DNA of 64,000 nucleotides from Raja brachyura (Eukaryota). Position 1 is the first letter of the stretch. Each line of letters begins with the position of its first letter. A program made the translations under genes and the position numbers. Of this stretch, positions 1-13,665 are shown one piece after another. Where the stretch lies: contig OY740805.1 in NCBI GenBank assembly GCA_963514005.1, positions 23,994,001-24,058,000 on the forward strand, in the 5' to 3' direction. The notes beneath the pieces are model-generated. The model made no database searches, was not told the DNA's origin, and worked only from the letters and a program-made list of their open reading frames with translations.

Positions 1-309
1 CCTCACTGATTGCGGTCTGTTGGTCAAGATGTCATGGATCCAGAAGCAGCCGGGAAGTGTTGACACCAAGTTTCCAGATGCATTTGGTTGGGACTATGGT
101 ATTGAAAGCAGAACCACTGTGCGTGATCTGAAACTTCCTCCTGGCTTGGTTGCAGTTCCTGTTTTAATTTAGTTTATTTTAGAAATGCAATGCCAGAACA
201 GGACCTTCAGCCCACACTGGCCAGGGACAATGTTTTACCTTTTACATTTATACCAAGCCAATTAACTTACAAACCTTTTGTTTAAGAAGGAATTACAGAT
301 GCTGGAAAA

Positions 310-735
310 TAGCGTAGGCTTGGCGATCGTTTTGCCAAACACATTGGTCCGCATTAACCAACCTGATCTTCCTGTGGCTCAGCACTTCAACTGCCCCTCC
401 CATTCCGATCCGACCTTTCTGTCCTGGGCCTCCTCCGCGGCCAGAGTGAGCACCACCGGAAATTGGAGGAGCAGCACCTCATATTCCGCTTGGGCAGTTT
501 GCACCCTAGTGGCATAAACATTAACTTCTCCAATTTCCGGTAGCCCTTGCTGTCTCCTCCCCTTCTCAGCTCTCCCACAGCCCTCTGCTTCTCCTCTTCC
601 TTTCTCCTTTCTTCTCCCCCCAACCCCCCCCCCCCACCCTACATCAGTCTGAAGAAGGGTTTCTTATTGCCTATTTCCTTCGCTCCATAGATGCTGCTGC
701 ACCCGCTGAGTTTCTCCAGCACTTTTGTCACTTAC
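310..735 (+). mobile_element. Penelope-like element 3' end (C-terminus of GIY-YIG endonuclease region plus 3' terminal repeat)
   Basis: Frameshifted RRLGDRF...NQPDLPVAQHFN...RKLEEQHLIFRLGSLHPSG..., followed by the ctgaagaaggg...gatgctgctgcacccgctgagtttctccagc tail found in many copies. Confidence 0.8.
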
Positions 736-1544
736 AAACCAGCCTGTCTTTGGAGTGTGGGAGAAAACCTGAGATCTCGGAGAAATCTTGGAGAAATCCC
801 ACACAGGTCACGGGGAAAAGTCTGTACAGGCAAGCACCCGTTGTCAGGATCGAACCAGGGTCCCTGACGCTGTAAGGCAGTAGTTCTACTGCTTGGCCCT
901 AATCACATTGATTTCCTTCAGAGTCCTAACCATGTGATTTTGAAGGTTAATTAGTTGTTGTAAACTGCACCTAGTGTGTCAGAAGGCAGGGCAATTTGGC
1001 CAGAGTTGATGAAAATGTAGAGAACATAGAACAGTGCAGCACAGGATCAGGCCTTTTGGCCCGCAACGTCTGTTCTGTGCCAGATGAATCTAATATGCCT
1101 TTCAAAAAGTCTCTCACATGTCACGATTGTATCTGGTCCCACCACCGCTCCTGACAACATGTTTCAGACACCCACCCCGCTCTGTGTAAAAAAAACCTTT
1201 AAACTTTCCTTAAAACTTTGCTCCCTCCACAACTTTGTGTCCTTTTTTATGTCCTACCATACTTGTGCCAATGGCAATAAACCCAACTTCTGACTTGTGA
1301 ATATCGTCTATCATAGTCTCCTGGTGCCGTTTGATTCCTCTACACCTTCCGTCCCACAGCAGGGCAGCCTGAAGGACAATTTCCTTTGTCTGAATTTCCT
1401 GAGTCTGAAGAAGGGTCTCGACCCGAAACGTCGCCCATCTCCTTCGCTCCTTAGATGCTGCTGCACCCGCTGAGTTTCTCCAGCTTTTTGTGTAACCCTC
1501 GATTCTCCAGCATCTGCAGTTCCTTCTTTGACAATTTCCTTTGT

Positions 1545-1645
1545 CATTTCCTTTCTACAAATCAAAGGCGTCACCATGGGAACTCCCGTGAGCCCCATCT
1601 ACACCCCCCTCTTCACAGATACACAGAGTCGTACCTGTTTCAGAC
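1545..1645 (+). mobile_element. Penelope reverse transcriptase fragment
   Basis: Degenerate FLQIKGVTMGTPVSP motif, resembling the PLE RT motif GVAMG..MGP. Confidence 0.55.
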
Positions 1646-1939
1646 TGAAACAAGTATCTGCCTAATTTCTTTGCGTCTGCTTGTTCTGCGTTCTGCTCTC
1701 AAATTCACTCCCACCAACTACTGGAATCTGAGTAAACCTGTTAAACTAGTGGGAGGTAGTCGAAAATGTGACTTACCTTCAAGTGACAAAAGGGATCGGA
1801 GGTGCACAAAAGGTTGGAGAAACTCAGCGGGTGCAGCAGCATCTAAGTAGCGAAGGAGATAGGCGACGTTTCGGGCCGAAACCCTTCTTCAGACTGGGTT
1901 CGGAGGGATGGTCAAACAAAGCATGATGTCGTTAACTAA

Positions 1940-2255
1940 AGGGCCTGTCCCACTTTGGGGGTTATTTGCACGTCATTTACGCGACATCATTTATTGCATC
2001 AGTGCAGACGCTGGTTTAAACTGAAGATAGACACAAAAAGCTGGAGTAACTCAGCAGGACAGGCAGCATCTCTGGAGAGAAGGAATTGGTGACGTTTCGG
2101 GTCAAGACACTTTCTTCAGACTCTATTGAATCTTTTCTGACTCTCACTGTCGTGTCTGAAGAAGGGTCTCAACCAAAAAACGTTGCGTGCGGTGCCCAAG
2201 GATTTTGGGATGTACAAAATCTTTGCACGCCATCTGCGCAGGTGGGACAGGCCCT
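1940..2255. mobile_element. PIF/Harbinger-type MITE (contains nested Penelope-derived pieces)
   Basis: TIR agggcctgtcccac...gtgggacaggccct, flanked by TAA/TAA. Confidence 0.75.
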
Positions 2256-2414
2256 TAAAGATGCAAGAACAGACTCAACAATTTGAAATGGCGCAGCTGG
2301 TAGAGCCACTGTCTCACAGCGCCGGAGACCAGTAACAAGGAAATGCAGATGCTGGTTATACAAAAAAAAAACCCACAAAATGCTGGAATAACTCCACAAA
2401 TGCTGGATTTTTAT

Positions 2415-2712
2415 GTCGGCACGGTGGCGTAGCGGCCAGAGACTCGGGTTCGATCCTGCCTACGGGTGCTGTCTGTACGGAGTTTGTACGATCTCCCCGT
2501 GACCTGCGTGTGTTTTCTCTGAGATCTTCGGTTTCCTCCAACACTCTAAAGACGTGCAGATGTGTAGGTTAATTGACTTGATACAAAATGTAAAATTGTC
2601 CCTAGTGCGTGTAGAGTGCTGTTAATGTGCGGGGATCGCTGGTCAGTGTGGACCAGGTGGGCTGAAGGGCCTATTTCCATGCTGTATCTCTAAACTAAAA
2701 CTAAAACTAAAA
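2415..2712 (+). mobile_element. tRNA-derived V-SINE (HE1-like)
   Basis: A/B box-like head (ggtggcg...gggttcgatcc), central V-domain (ggtttcctcc..cactc), CR1-like tail gaagggcct.tttcc..gctgtatctct(aaact)n. Many further copies occur across the window. Confidence 0.85.
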
Positions 2713-3182
2713 TTAGGCATTGTCTCTGGAGATCATGGATAGGTGATGTTCCAGTTTAGGACTCGTTCTTCAGACTGAATGCAGTGGGGGAAGGTAAGAA
2801 TGTAGGCAAAGAGGAAGGGAAAAGAGGAAGATTGTGACCGGTAATTTAGTAATGGGTGATCACAGGCGAGGGGGTTGTCTGATAGGCAGAGACGAAAAGA
2901 ATGGCGTAATCCCAAAAAGGATAAAGAGTTACGAATTGTGAAACCCAAAATTAGAAAAGTGGGTAGTGGCACGGTGGCGCAGTTGCAGAGTTGCTGCCTT
3001 ACTGTGCCAGAGATCCGGGTTTGATCCTGACCACGGGTGCTGTCTGTACGGAGTTCGTACGTTCTCCCCGTGACCACGTGGGATTTCTCCGAGATCTTCG
3101 GTTTCCTCCCACACTCCAAAGACATACAGGTTTGTAGGTTAAATGGCTTCTTGTAAGTGTAAATTGTCCCTAGTGTGTGTAC

Positions 3183-6100
3183 TAGAGCTAATAGGACTTG
3201 TTGTTTCAATCCCTGTAATAAGTCGGCACTCTTGCTATTTGCAGTGGGATTGGAGTGGTGAAAGGTAGGGTAGGTACGTCATCGGGGTCATCAGGTGGGC
3301 ACCCTCCTTCTTTGACGTTTCATTGATAAGCCCACAACATCTCCAGAGGGCTCAACAGTGTCACCTGGTGTCCCAATCACACCCCCCTCAATTCCATACC
3401 CTCCTGTCTTCATCTTGCAGCCCAATTGTTGTCTCTCCTTTTGATCCAAATCCAATTGCTGCTTTTTTTCCGCAGAATTTGATAATGATTTGATTGCTTG
3501 TTGGAGGGAGCGACCCCTCACCCCCATTTTCTTTTATAGCCTGGTCATAGATGCAGCAACAAATCCCCTGCATCCCACTTCGACAGGAAAAATCTTGGTC
3601 TTCCATCCATTCTGGGAAGCCTCAGTTGCCAGTTCAGAGTTCAGAGTTTTTTTCCTCTCATAAGCTTCTTCAACACCATCTTCCCATGGAACTGTCAATT
3701 CTACAACATATGCCAACTTGGCTGTTGTGGACCACAGGGCCATGTCTGGCCGGAGTGTTGTAACCACAATGTCTGGGGGAAACACAAGCCTTTTTTCTAA
3801 GTCCACTTCCATTTTCCAATCCCGAGCAGGCTGCAGAATGCTTGCATCCATTGATGTCATCTGGTGCTCTGGAGGTTGGCCTGCTGGTACAAATCTTGTG
3901 AAGTGGACGTTTCCTGCCGATGTTGGTGGGGAAGCATTTGTGATCATTCGCCTCTGTTCAAGGATTGATGCCAGCTCTCTGAGAACTTGGTTATGCCGCC
4001 AAGTGTAACGCCCTTGGCCGAAGCTCATAGTGCATCCTGTTAAAATGTGCCTTAGTGATCCAGGTGCTTGGCAAAGGGAGGAATTGGGGTCTTCTCCGAA
4101 CCACTGCTTCAGGTTCTGTGGTGATGGTAGAACATCATAAGTGGCTCTGATGACAAAACATAGCCGAGATCCTTCCATTTGCCAGATTTCACCCCAGCTG
4201 AGTTTCCTCTTTTCCAGGCTTTCCCAGTTAGTCCATTGGCCTTGCTTGGCCATTGAGACAGCCTTGGCGTGTCGGTCTGCCTCCTCCCGTCTTTTCACCT
4301 CCTCCACCACGAGCCGTCTTTTCTGCACTGATGTTGCCTTGTGCCATTGAGGAACATTTGGGATGAGCCCGAACCCGGCTCTCCCATGTTGGACTTGGCC
4401 AACTGTATCCCGGAAATGAAGAGCAGACTTTGCACTCTGAACGGCTTCCAATGGGGTCCACTTCTTCCCCGTTGCCACACGGGGGGCCGCTGTTCGAATA
4501 ACAGTATCTTCAGATTCAGTGAGGGTCATGACCAACCTTGCTTTAGTGCATTTGAACTCTTCCACAAGACCTGCAATGGTTAATTCCAATTTGCCACTCC
4601 CGTACAGTCTGACAGCACTTAAGCATCGTGGAAGTCCAAGCCACTGTTTCACATGTGTGCTGATCATTCTTTCCAGCTTTTCTACTTTGTTTGATGGGGA
4701 TTTCATACATAGTTAAAGGCCACATGATTCTTGGTAGTATGCCAAATTGGACGCACCACAGCTTGAGGTTTCCTGGTAGCAACGTCTTGTGGATGCGAGC
4801 TATGTGCATGATGGTATCCTTTTTCAGTTGTTCAAACTGCTTGGTGTCCTTGAGCTTTGCATCATACCATTGGCCCAAACTCTTCACTGGCATTTCTGAA
4901 ACAGTTGGAACAGGTATTCTGTCAATATGAAATCTTTGATCCTTGACTTGACCTTTGACAGTGGAGATGCTTCTGCACTTGCTGGGTTTAATCTTCATCC
5001 TTGCCCATGTGATGTTTTGATAAAGTTTTTCCAGAAGTCTCTTGGTGCAGGGGATAGTTGTTGTCAGTGTTGTTATATCGTCCATATCGGCTCGTATAGA
5101 TGGTAACCGCTGACCACACTGTAGCCGTTTTCCTCCCACAACCCATTTTGATGCTCTGTCCTGATCCCTCATCACCTCCAAGCTGATCAAAAATGCGCAG
5201 CAGCACCTTTACTTCCTGAGGAGGCTCAGAAAAGCCCACCTGTCCCCCCAGATCCTGACCAACGTTTACCGCTGTACCATCAAAAGCATCCTGACCACCT
5301 GCTTTACGGTATGGTACAGCAGTTGCACCGTAGCAGATAGGAAGGCACTACAACGGGTGGTGAAAACCGCCCAGTACATCATCGGTGCCCCGCTCCCTGC
5401 CATGGATGCCCTCCACCGAAAACGGTGTCTGAGACGGGCCGGGAGGATCATCAAAGACCCCTCCCACCCTAACCATGGACTGTTTGCCCTCCTACCATCA
5501 GGGAGGCGGTACAGGAGCCTCAGGTCCCGCACTAGTAGGATGAGGAACAGCTTCTACAATAACACCATCACACTGCTGAACTCGGAGTCCCGCCGATAGA
5601 TTTTTCCGGTCTCTCCGTCCACATTGTCTGCATTCTGTATTTATTTCTATATTGCTATTACTACGAACTGACGCTAAACTGCATTTCATTGTACCCATAC
5701 TTGTATCTGTGCAATGACATTAAAGTTGAATTGAATTTACTTCCAGTGGTTGCCACGCTGTGGTAAGGTCTGATGTTGTGAGACAAAATTGCAGATCCTG
5801 GAAGTAGTTTTTTACCAGATTTGTTATTATTGCCGGCACCTGAAAGAATTCAAAAGCAATCCACAGTAGCGAATGAGGAACTGATCCATAGGCGTTGGCC
5901 AGATCGAGGAACAAGACATGCAGATTATTTCGTTCTTTCTTAGCAGTCTGGATTTGATGCCATATGACGCTGGTATGTTCAAGGCATCCCGAGAAGTCTG
6001 CTATGCCAGCCTTTTGGATTGACGTATCAATGAAATGGTTTTGTTTCAGATACTTTGTAAGTCTTTTCGCCACCACACTGAAAAAGATCTTGTCCGCTAT

Positions 6101-7679
6101 GTTAAGAAGGTTTATTTGCCGAAACTGTTCGATGGTGGAAGAATTTTTTTATTTTGGGATCAGGAATCCCCCTGCCCTTCGCCAAGCTTTGGGGATGACT
6201 TCCTTTTCCCACGCAACCCTCATGTTCCTCCAGAGGAATTTCAGAATATCTGGGGCATTCTTGTAGACACAATACGGAACACCATTAGGGCCTGGTGCAG
6301 AGGCCATTCTTGCCTTCCTCACTACTTCTTTTACCTCACTCAGCTTGGGAGGGCTGATGTCAAATTGATGTTTTGGGGGTGAGATTGGTGGCATGTCAGC
6401 GGGGACAAAAATCGGTTCATCTTTTAACTCATCAGTGTGGACGGTTCTGATGTGCTCTTCAACCTCCCTTTTTGACACTTTCAGGGATCCGCTTTTTTCC
6501 TTTGTGAAAATGCCTTTCACAAACTCAAAGGGATCTTTGTAGAAGTCTGTTCTTGTTTTTTCATTCATTTTGCGTCGTTTCCTTAAATTCTCCCCTCTGC
6601 GCAGCTTCGAGAGCCTCTGTTTTAGGTCCTTTTGAAGGAGATTGATGCCCTCCCTTTCTTCTGCTGTTGCTTTTTTCCACACCTTCCTCAGGCTTCTTCT
6701 TTCTTTAACAAGTTAGATTTCCTGGAGACGACGGGACTTGGGGGGGAGGAGGCCTATCTCTCCTGCTGAGTTGTTCCTTTTCACCAAATTTCTCCTTTCC
6801 ATAGCTGTAGACTGGATCACCCATCTTCTCCAACTTATTTTCTGCTGATCCCTTGATTCCACTTAAGATTAAGCTCACATCTGCATTGATGAATTCACGC
6901 TCCTTGCTGTTAGACTTTGGCCATTTCACCAATGGCTTACGTCCTTGCATGTTCTCCACTTTACGATGTGCCTGGTTGAGTCTTGGACTGTTGCCTGAAA
7001 CTTCTGCCACATCCCTTAGGGCACGGATGCTCTGCGGACTGTGGATTTTTTCCTGCCGCTGAGTTTCATCCGACTGATTTGACCTTCCTCTTAACAGAAT
7101 CTGGTCAATGTGGGACCCTGGGTTGGGGATTTTCAAGCATTTCTTCTGTCCCTGATGAATTTTTAGACCACGAGTTGATGTTACTTTAGTCCAGCCACAC
7201 CTACACGTCTGAAGAACGTGTCCAGCTGCTCGTTTTTCAAGAGTTTTGCCACTTACTTGATTCAATGTTGTGTCCGTTCCAAGGTTTGTTACTGGGTGGT
7301 CAGTCGATGAGTCATCTTGCCCCCCCCCCCGCTCTCGCAGACTCTGGTGGTATTTTTCTCTTTGAACTTCTTGTAGCCAAGTGAGGGTGGCTCTTGTGCC
7401 CTAACAAGGCGGCGGAGCCAGCTGTTATGGGTAGCTAGCCCATAACAGCCCCGTTGGGGTCTATTTCCTCTTGTCAGCCATCTCTCCAAGCTGTCACATG
7501 GTCTTTCCCTTGTCGCCAGCTGCACTTTCACAGCAGTCACTGGTTTTTCCTCCAGAAGGTCAGTAGAGCTAATAGGACTTGATGTTTCAATCCCTGTAAT
7601 AAGTCGGCACTCTTGCTATTTGCAGTGGGATTGGAGTGGTGAAAGGTAGGGTAGGGACGTCAACGGGGTCATCAGGTGG
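3183..7679 (-). mobile_element. Near full-length non-LTR retrotransposon of HERO/NeSL type (RT plus restriction-like endonuclease), frameshifted, with ~115-bp terminal direct repeats
   Basis: ORFs 6705-7265 (C2H2-like CRCG...GLKIHQ), 6149-6682 (SAPGPNGVPY), 5720-6076 (LDLANAYGSVPH), 4543-5190 (ADMDD) and 3534-4706 (RHNQVL, LRPDMALW, VELTVPWE, VEVGCRG). It is inserted in a V-SINE that runs 2965-3181 and resumes at 7680. Confidence 0.88.
5158..5737 (+). mobile_element. Rex1/Babar-type LINE 3' fragment inserted in the HERO RT domain
   Basis: AQQHLYFLRRLRK...YRCTIKSILT...IIKDPSHPNHGLFALLPSGRRYRS; ends aaagttgaattgaatt. Confidence 0.85.
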
Positions 7680-7692
7680 TAGTATAGTGTTA

Positions 7693-7909
7693 AGGGCCTG
7701 TCCCACTTTCACGACCTAATTCACGACCTCTGCAGAGTTTGCCCTTGACTCATACGCGCGGCATGGTCGTAGGTACGTCATAGGTATGTCGTGAGGCTAG
7801 TCATAGGTACTCGGGGCATCAAGTAGGTCGGGGCGTTTTTCTAGCCTGTTGAAAAATGTCCACGAGTAAACAAGGTTGTGAATTAGGTTGTGAAAGTGGG
7901 ACAGACCCT
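7693..7909. mobile_element. PIF/Harbinger-type MITE
   Basis: Extended TIR agggcctgtcccactttcacgacctaattcacgacc / ggttgtgaattaggttgtgaaagtgggacagaccct; TTA/TCA flanks. Confidence 0.8.
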
Positions 7910-8689
7910 TCAGTGTGCAGGGGCCGCTGGACGGTGCGGACTCGGTGGACTGCTGTATCTCTAATAAAAATATTTGTTTTAAAGTAGCTAATTATTGATC
8001 CAATTCAAGGAAAGCGGGATGGGATGGGGGGAGAACCCAATGCAAGGTCAATTAGGGGTCAAAGGAGTGGGGGGGAGGGAAATAAATGCTCGTAGGTTAA
8101 TTGACCTTTGTAAATCGCCCCTAAACTGCAGGGAATGGATGACAAAGTGTGATAGCATAGAACTTGTGTGAATGGTCGGTGTGGACTCAGTGGGCTGTTT
8201 CCATGTTAACATCGAAACATAGAAAATAGGTGCAGGAGTAGGCCATTCGGCCCTTCGAGCCTGCACCGCCATTCAATGTGATCATGGCTGATCATCCAAC
8301 TCAGTATCCCGTACCTGCCTTCTCTCCATACCCCCTGATCCCCTTAGCCACAAGGGCCACATCTAACTCCCTCTTAAATATAGCCAATGAAGTGGCCTCA
8401 ACTACCTTCTGTGGCAGAGAATTCCAGAGATTCACCACTCTCTGTGTGAAAAATGTTTTTCTCATCTGACTCCGACAAGACTTCCCCCTTTATCGTTAAA
8501 CTGTGACCCCTTGTTCTGGACTTCCCCAACATCGGGAGCATGTTGTAGCTTTCAATCCAACAAGATGCAAAAGTGGTATCTGGTGAAAGGGATAGCAAGC
8601 AACAGCCGAAGAATAGAGCAGGTCAGTGATGCTGCAGCTTTATAGGACTTTGGTTCGGCTACATTTGAAGTATTGAATGCATTGAGACC

Positions 8690-8783
8690 CTGAAGAAGGG
8701 TCTCGACACGAAACGTCGCCTATCTCCTTCGCTCCTTAGATGCTGCTGCACCCGCTGAGTTTCTCCAGCTTTTTGTGTAACCC
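8690..8783 (+). mobile_element. Penelope-derived mini-element with hammerhead-like core (one representative of about 12 near-identical copies)
   Basis: ctgaagaagggtctcgacacgaaacgtc...tttttgtgtaaccc, with flanking duplication ttgaagtattgaatg. Confidence 0.75.
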
Positions 8784-9869
8784 TTGAAGTATTGAATGTT
8801 GTTCTGGTCGCCTCATTATGGGAAGGATGTGGAGACTGGAGAGGGTACAGAGGGAAATTTACCAGAATGTTGCCTGGATTACAGGGTATTTGTATATGTA
8901 TATGTATATAGCGCTGCAGAAACTGTGCACCTTACCCCCCCCCCCCCCCTTTTTGTTTTGTTTTGCACTGAGTAGGAGCAGCTTTTAATCTCATTGTACA
9001 TGTGTATAGTGACAATAAAAGGCATTCTGATTCTGATATTTGCTATAAGGGGAGGTTGGGCAAACTCGGATTGTTTTCTCTGGAATGCTGGAGGTTGAGG
9101 GGAGGCCTGATAGAAGTACATAACATGATGAGAGGCATAGATGGGGTAAATGGACAGAATCTATTCCCCAGGGTGGATCTTATAGAAACATATAAAATTA
9201 TAAAAGGACTGGACAAGCCAGATGCAGGAAAAATGTTCCCAATGTTGGGCGAGTCCAGAACCAGGGACCACAGTCTTAGAATATAGGGGAGGTAATTTAA
9301 GACTGAGGTGAGAAAAAACTTTTTTACCAAGAGAGTTGTGAATATATGGAATTCCCTGCCACAGAGGGCAGTGGAGGCCTAATCACTGGATGGATTTAAG
9401 AGAGAGTTGGATAGAGCTCTAGGGGCTAGTGGAGTCAAGGGATATGGGGAGAAGGCAGGCACGGGTTATTGATAGCGGACGAGCAGCCATGATCACAATG
9501 AAGGGCGGTGCTGGCTCGAAGGGCCGAATGGCCTCCTCCTGCACCTATTTTCTATGTTTCTATGTTTCTAGGGTGGAAAAATGAAATTCTGCAGGGTAGA
9601 GGTGAGAGGTGAGTGTGGTGAGTGCCTGGAATTGATTAGTAAGGGTGTCAGGTGTTACGGGGAGAAGGCAAGAGAATGGGGAGTAGACTTGATGGGCCGA
9701 GTGGCCTAATTATGTCTCCTGAACTAATAAACGTATGAATGTGCTGCTGGGGGTGGTGGTGAAGGCAGATAAGGTAGTGGCATTTAAGAGATAAGCAGTA
9801 CATGGATATGCATGGAATGCAAGGATAGGGATTATGTGCAGGCAGATAAGGCTTGGTCTTGGCATCAAG

Positions 9870-10000
9870 CTTCTTCTTCTTGCGTATGGCGTGCACAGCC
9901 TAAAGTTGTAGGACAAGTTGTTCTATTTGATCTTATTTGATTGTGCACACCATTCATCGAAACAGGGCAGACCACATGAAGATTGCAATCTCCCACCCCC
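9870..10000 (-). mobile_element. Short Vingi-related SINE-like element with (AAG)n tail and HDV-like 5' head
   Basis: Minus strand reads gggggtgggagattgcaatcttcatgtggtctgccctgtttcga...gctgtgcacgccatacgcaagaagaagaag. A second copy at 22388-22497 plus 23356-23380 is split by an insertion. Confidence 0.55.
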
Positions 10001-11019
10001 AGCATCTCGCTGAGCGCAGACATTGTGGCCAAAGGGCCTGTTACTTTGCTGTATTATTCTATGTTCTAGATAGGGGAGACAGTCTAAACCTTTTTCCCAG
10101 GGTACAAATTTCAAACACTAGAAGACATCAGTAGTAAAGAAAGCAAACTCAATGCTAGCATTTATTTCAAGAGGGCTTGTATACAAAAACAGGGTTGTAA
10201 TGCTGAGGCTCTGCAAGGTGCTGGTAAGGATGCATTTGGAATATTGTGAGCTATTTTGGGCACCATATCTGAGGAAGGGTGTGCTGGCTCTGGAGCGGGT
10301 CCAGAGGAGGTTGACAAGAATGACCCCACGAATGAGTAGGTTAACCTATGATGAGCGATTGTCGGCACTGGGCCAGTACTCGCTGGAGTTTAGAAGAATG
10401 AGGGGGGTGGTGGGGGGTACCTCATTGAAATGTACGGAGTAGTGAACGGCTTGGATAGAGTGGATGTGGAGAGGATGTTTCCACTAGTGGGAGAGTTTAG
10501 GACTAGAAGTCATGGCCTCAGAATTAAAGGACGTTCTTTTAGGAAGGAGATGAGGAGCAATTTCTGCAGTCAGAGGTTGGTGAATCAGTGGAATTCTTTG
10601 CCACAGAACTACTGCTACTCCTACAACTTATGACCTTATGACATGGCTTTCAGGTGAGTGAGGCATCTTCCAATCTTTGGTACCTTAGTGCAGCAAAGGT
10701 GTTCTCGAGAGATGTAGCCAGACCTGCTGATTTACTCCAGTGCTTTGTATTTCTTTTATTGTAGTCCAGCAACTGCAATACCTTGTTTCTTAAAGATGTA
10801 TAAATTACTGTGTCTTCCCTTGGCTCCCATAGCAGGACATAGGAGGCAAGAGTCCGCCAAGTGGCTCAGTGGTAGAGTTGCTGCTTTACACCGGCAGAAA
10901 CACACGTACGATTCTGACTACGGGTTTTGTCTGCATGGAGTTTGTATGTTCCCCCCGAGACCACGTGGGTTTTCTCTGGGTGCTCTGGATTCCTCCCACA
11001 CGCCAAAGACACACAAGTT

Positions 11020-11640
11020 TGTAGGTTCCTGGGGATCAACATCTCCGATGACCTCTCCTGGACCCACAACACATCCTCGCTGATCAAGAAGGCTTACCAG
11101 CGTCTCTTCTTCCTGAGGAGACTTAAGAAGGTCCACCTGTCCCCCCAGATTTTGGTGAACTTCTACCGCTGCACCATCGAGAGCATCCTTACCAACTGCA
11201 TCACAGTATGGTATGGTAACTGCTCTGCAGAGGGTGGTGAAGATCGCCCAATACATCACAGGCTCCTCACTCCCCTCCATTGAGTCTGTCAACAGTAATC
11301 GATGCCTGCGCAGGGCGCACAGCATCGCCAGGGACAGCTCACACCCCAACCATAGACTGTTTACCCTCCTCCCATCCGGGAGACGCTACATGTCCCTCCG
11401 CTGCCGTACCAGCAGGCTCAAGAACAGCTTCTTCCCTGCGGCTGTCACACTTCTCAACGCTGCACCTCAATGTCTCCACCCCTCCCTGGACACTATATAT
11501 GTATAGATGTATATTAACTCATACTACTGTGCAATTATTTGTTCATTCGTAAGTTCGCCCTTCGGAGATACCAACTGCATTTTGTTGTCTCTGTATTGTA
11601 CACTGCACAATGACAATTAAAGATTGAATTGAATTGAATT
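11020..11640 (+). mobile_element. Rex1/Babar-type LINE 3' fragment (inserted in a V-SINE)
   Basis: RFLGINISDDLSWTHNTSSLIKKAYQRLFFLRRLKK...LLPSGRRY; (gaatt)n tail. Confidence 0.85.
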
Positions 11641-12721
11641 GAGTTAATTGGCTTCGGTAAAATTGTAAATTGTCTCTAGTGTGCAGGATAGTGCTGGGGT
11701 ATGATCGCGGGTCGGCATGGACTCGGTTGGCTGAAGGGCCTGTTTCCGTGCGGTATCTCCAAAGTCTAAAATCTGAAGCAGCCGGTGATAAATCTGAAAA
11801 GGCATGGGGGTATTCATCTGTAAACCTACAAAAACATCTAATACTTCCTTATTTTATCATGCTATTATGTCCCTACACCCTCTGTCTGCAAGTGCTCCAT
11901 ATCTCTCCCTGTTCATTGCATTTTCAGGCAGTTGTCCAAAAGCCTCTCAAATGTCATTATCTGCCTCCACCACCACTCCAGTCATGCCTGACGCGTCTCC
12001 AGTGTGGAATGTCGAGCTGCCAGTCCTGCCTGACTCCCAGCCATGTCTCCTCGATAGCAAAGACGTCATAGTCCTTTGTGTTGATCAACGCCCAAATTAA
12101 TCTACCTTACCCGTCAGACACTTTGCATTAAAATGACTGGGATTTAGCCTTACATTCCCCACACCCTTGCTTCACCACACCTATGTTTGCTCTGATGACT
12201 TGACTGAATTAGTGTCCCTGCAATTACTGACTGTACTTCCTGTTAAACCCCCCCCCAGCACTCTGTGCCCCCTTCTCTTGCTAAATTAGTTTAAAGACAA
12301 TGCGGCTGTGGTACCGGGTCTGAAGCAGGGTTTCGGCCCAAAACGTTGCCTATTTCCTTCCCTTCATAGATGCTGCCTCACCCGCTGAGTTTCTCCAGCA
12401 TTTTTGTCTACCTTAGTTTAAGGACAAAGTGCTGGAGTAACTCACCATTTAGGCAACATCTCTGCCGAACATGGATCCATTCCCTCCACTGATGCTGCCC
12501 GGCCTGCTGAGCTACTCCAGCACTTGGTATGTTTTCTTCTTTTGTAAACCGACATCTGCGGTTCCTCGTGTCTCCAAATTGACGGTTTTGTGGCCATGTT
12601 TGCAGGTGATACGAAGATAGTTGGAGGTGCAGGTAGTGTTGAGGAAGCAGAGAGGCTGCAGAAGGACTTGGACAAATTGGGAGAGTGGACAAGTGGCAAA
12701 TACATTGCAGTACAGCAAGAT

Positions 12722-13578
12722 CAGGCCCGTGTCGTGAATAATTAGTCAGGGTGGGCAGTGGCTTTTAAAAATCTTGAAAACCGCGCATGCGCAGATTGTT
12801 CTCTCCCCGGCGAGCTGACTGTTGGCTTTAAAAAAACGTGGAAACCGCGCATGTGCAGATTGTTCTCTCGACTTTTATCAAGTAATTTTTCTTCAATAGG
12901 ACCTATCTCTTAATAAAGTATTAAAAAACACATAGCTCAAAGAAATTTATGTACCATATTATTTGTACACGAAATCCATTCTTCTCTCTTTGTTTCCTGT
13001 TGTACCAAGCTGTTTTAAATGTTCTAATTATTTTTGTTCCTTTGCACTGTTGAAGTTCTTCAAGTTCCGGCGTTGGTCTGCCATTTTCAATTCTTTTGGT
13101 CTTTTCCTCAAAAGTTTGCTTTGAGAAACTCTTCAGGTCATCACTATCCATGTTTGAAAAACCCACCACGAAACTTGTGCATGCGCATGCGCAGTAGGCT
13201 GGTACGCAGAACGCAGTGCGCTTCGCAGCACATGCAAGCAGTCTATGGTGTAAAGGCAACATTTCAGCTGCCTTTACGGACCGTTCCCACTGATAGCTTG
13301 AAGCATCGTCGACGGCACGTGAGTAGCACGTACTTCCGCCTTTTAAATGTACTGCGCTTGATAGGCATGGGACAATTATGCCTCCCTACGAGATTGGTCT
13401 CTTCAGGAAGCATAATTCTCACGTGCCTTTACTATTTATGACCATTTTATATATGTTTTATATATATTGTATATATTTGTTATATACATTTTATATATAT
13501 AAAATAATGACCATTTTATAATTTTAGTCAGGGTAGGTAGGCACTGCCTACCTTGCCTACCCTGACGGCACGTGCCTG
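12722..13578 (-). mobile_element. Non-autonomous hAT transposon retaining the N-terminus of a ZMYM1/TTF-type transposase
   Basis: 8-bp TSD agcaagat (12714-12721 and 13579-13586); imperfect TIR caggcccgtgtcgt / acggcacgtgcctg; peptide FSKQTFEEKTKRIENGRPTPEL...RTFKTAWYNRK. Confidence 0.8.
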
Positions 13579-13665
13579 AGCAAGATGTATGATCGTGCAC
13601 TTCGGTAGAAGGAATAATGGTGTCGATTATTTTCTAAATGGGGAGAGGATTCAGAAATCAGAGAT

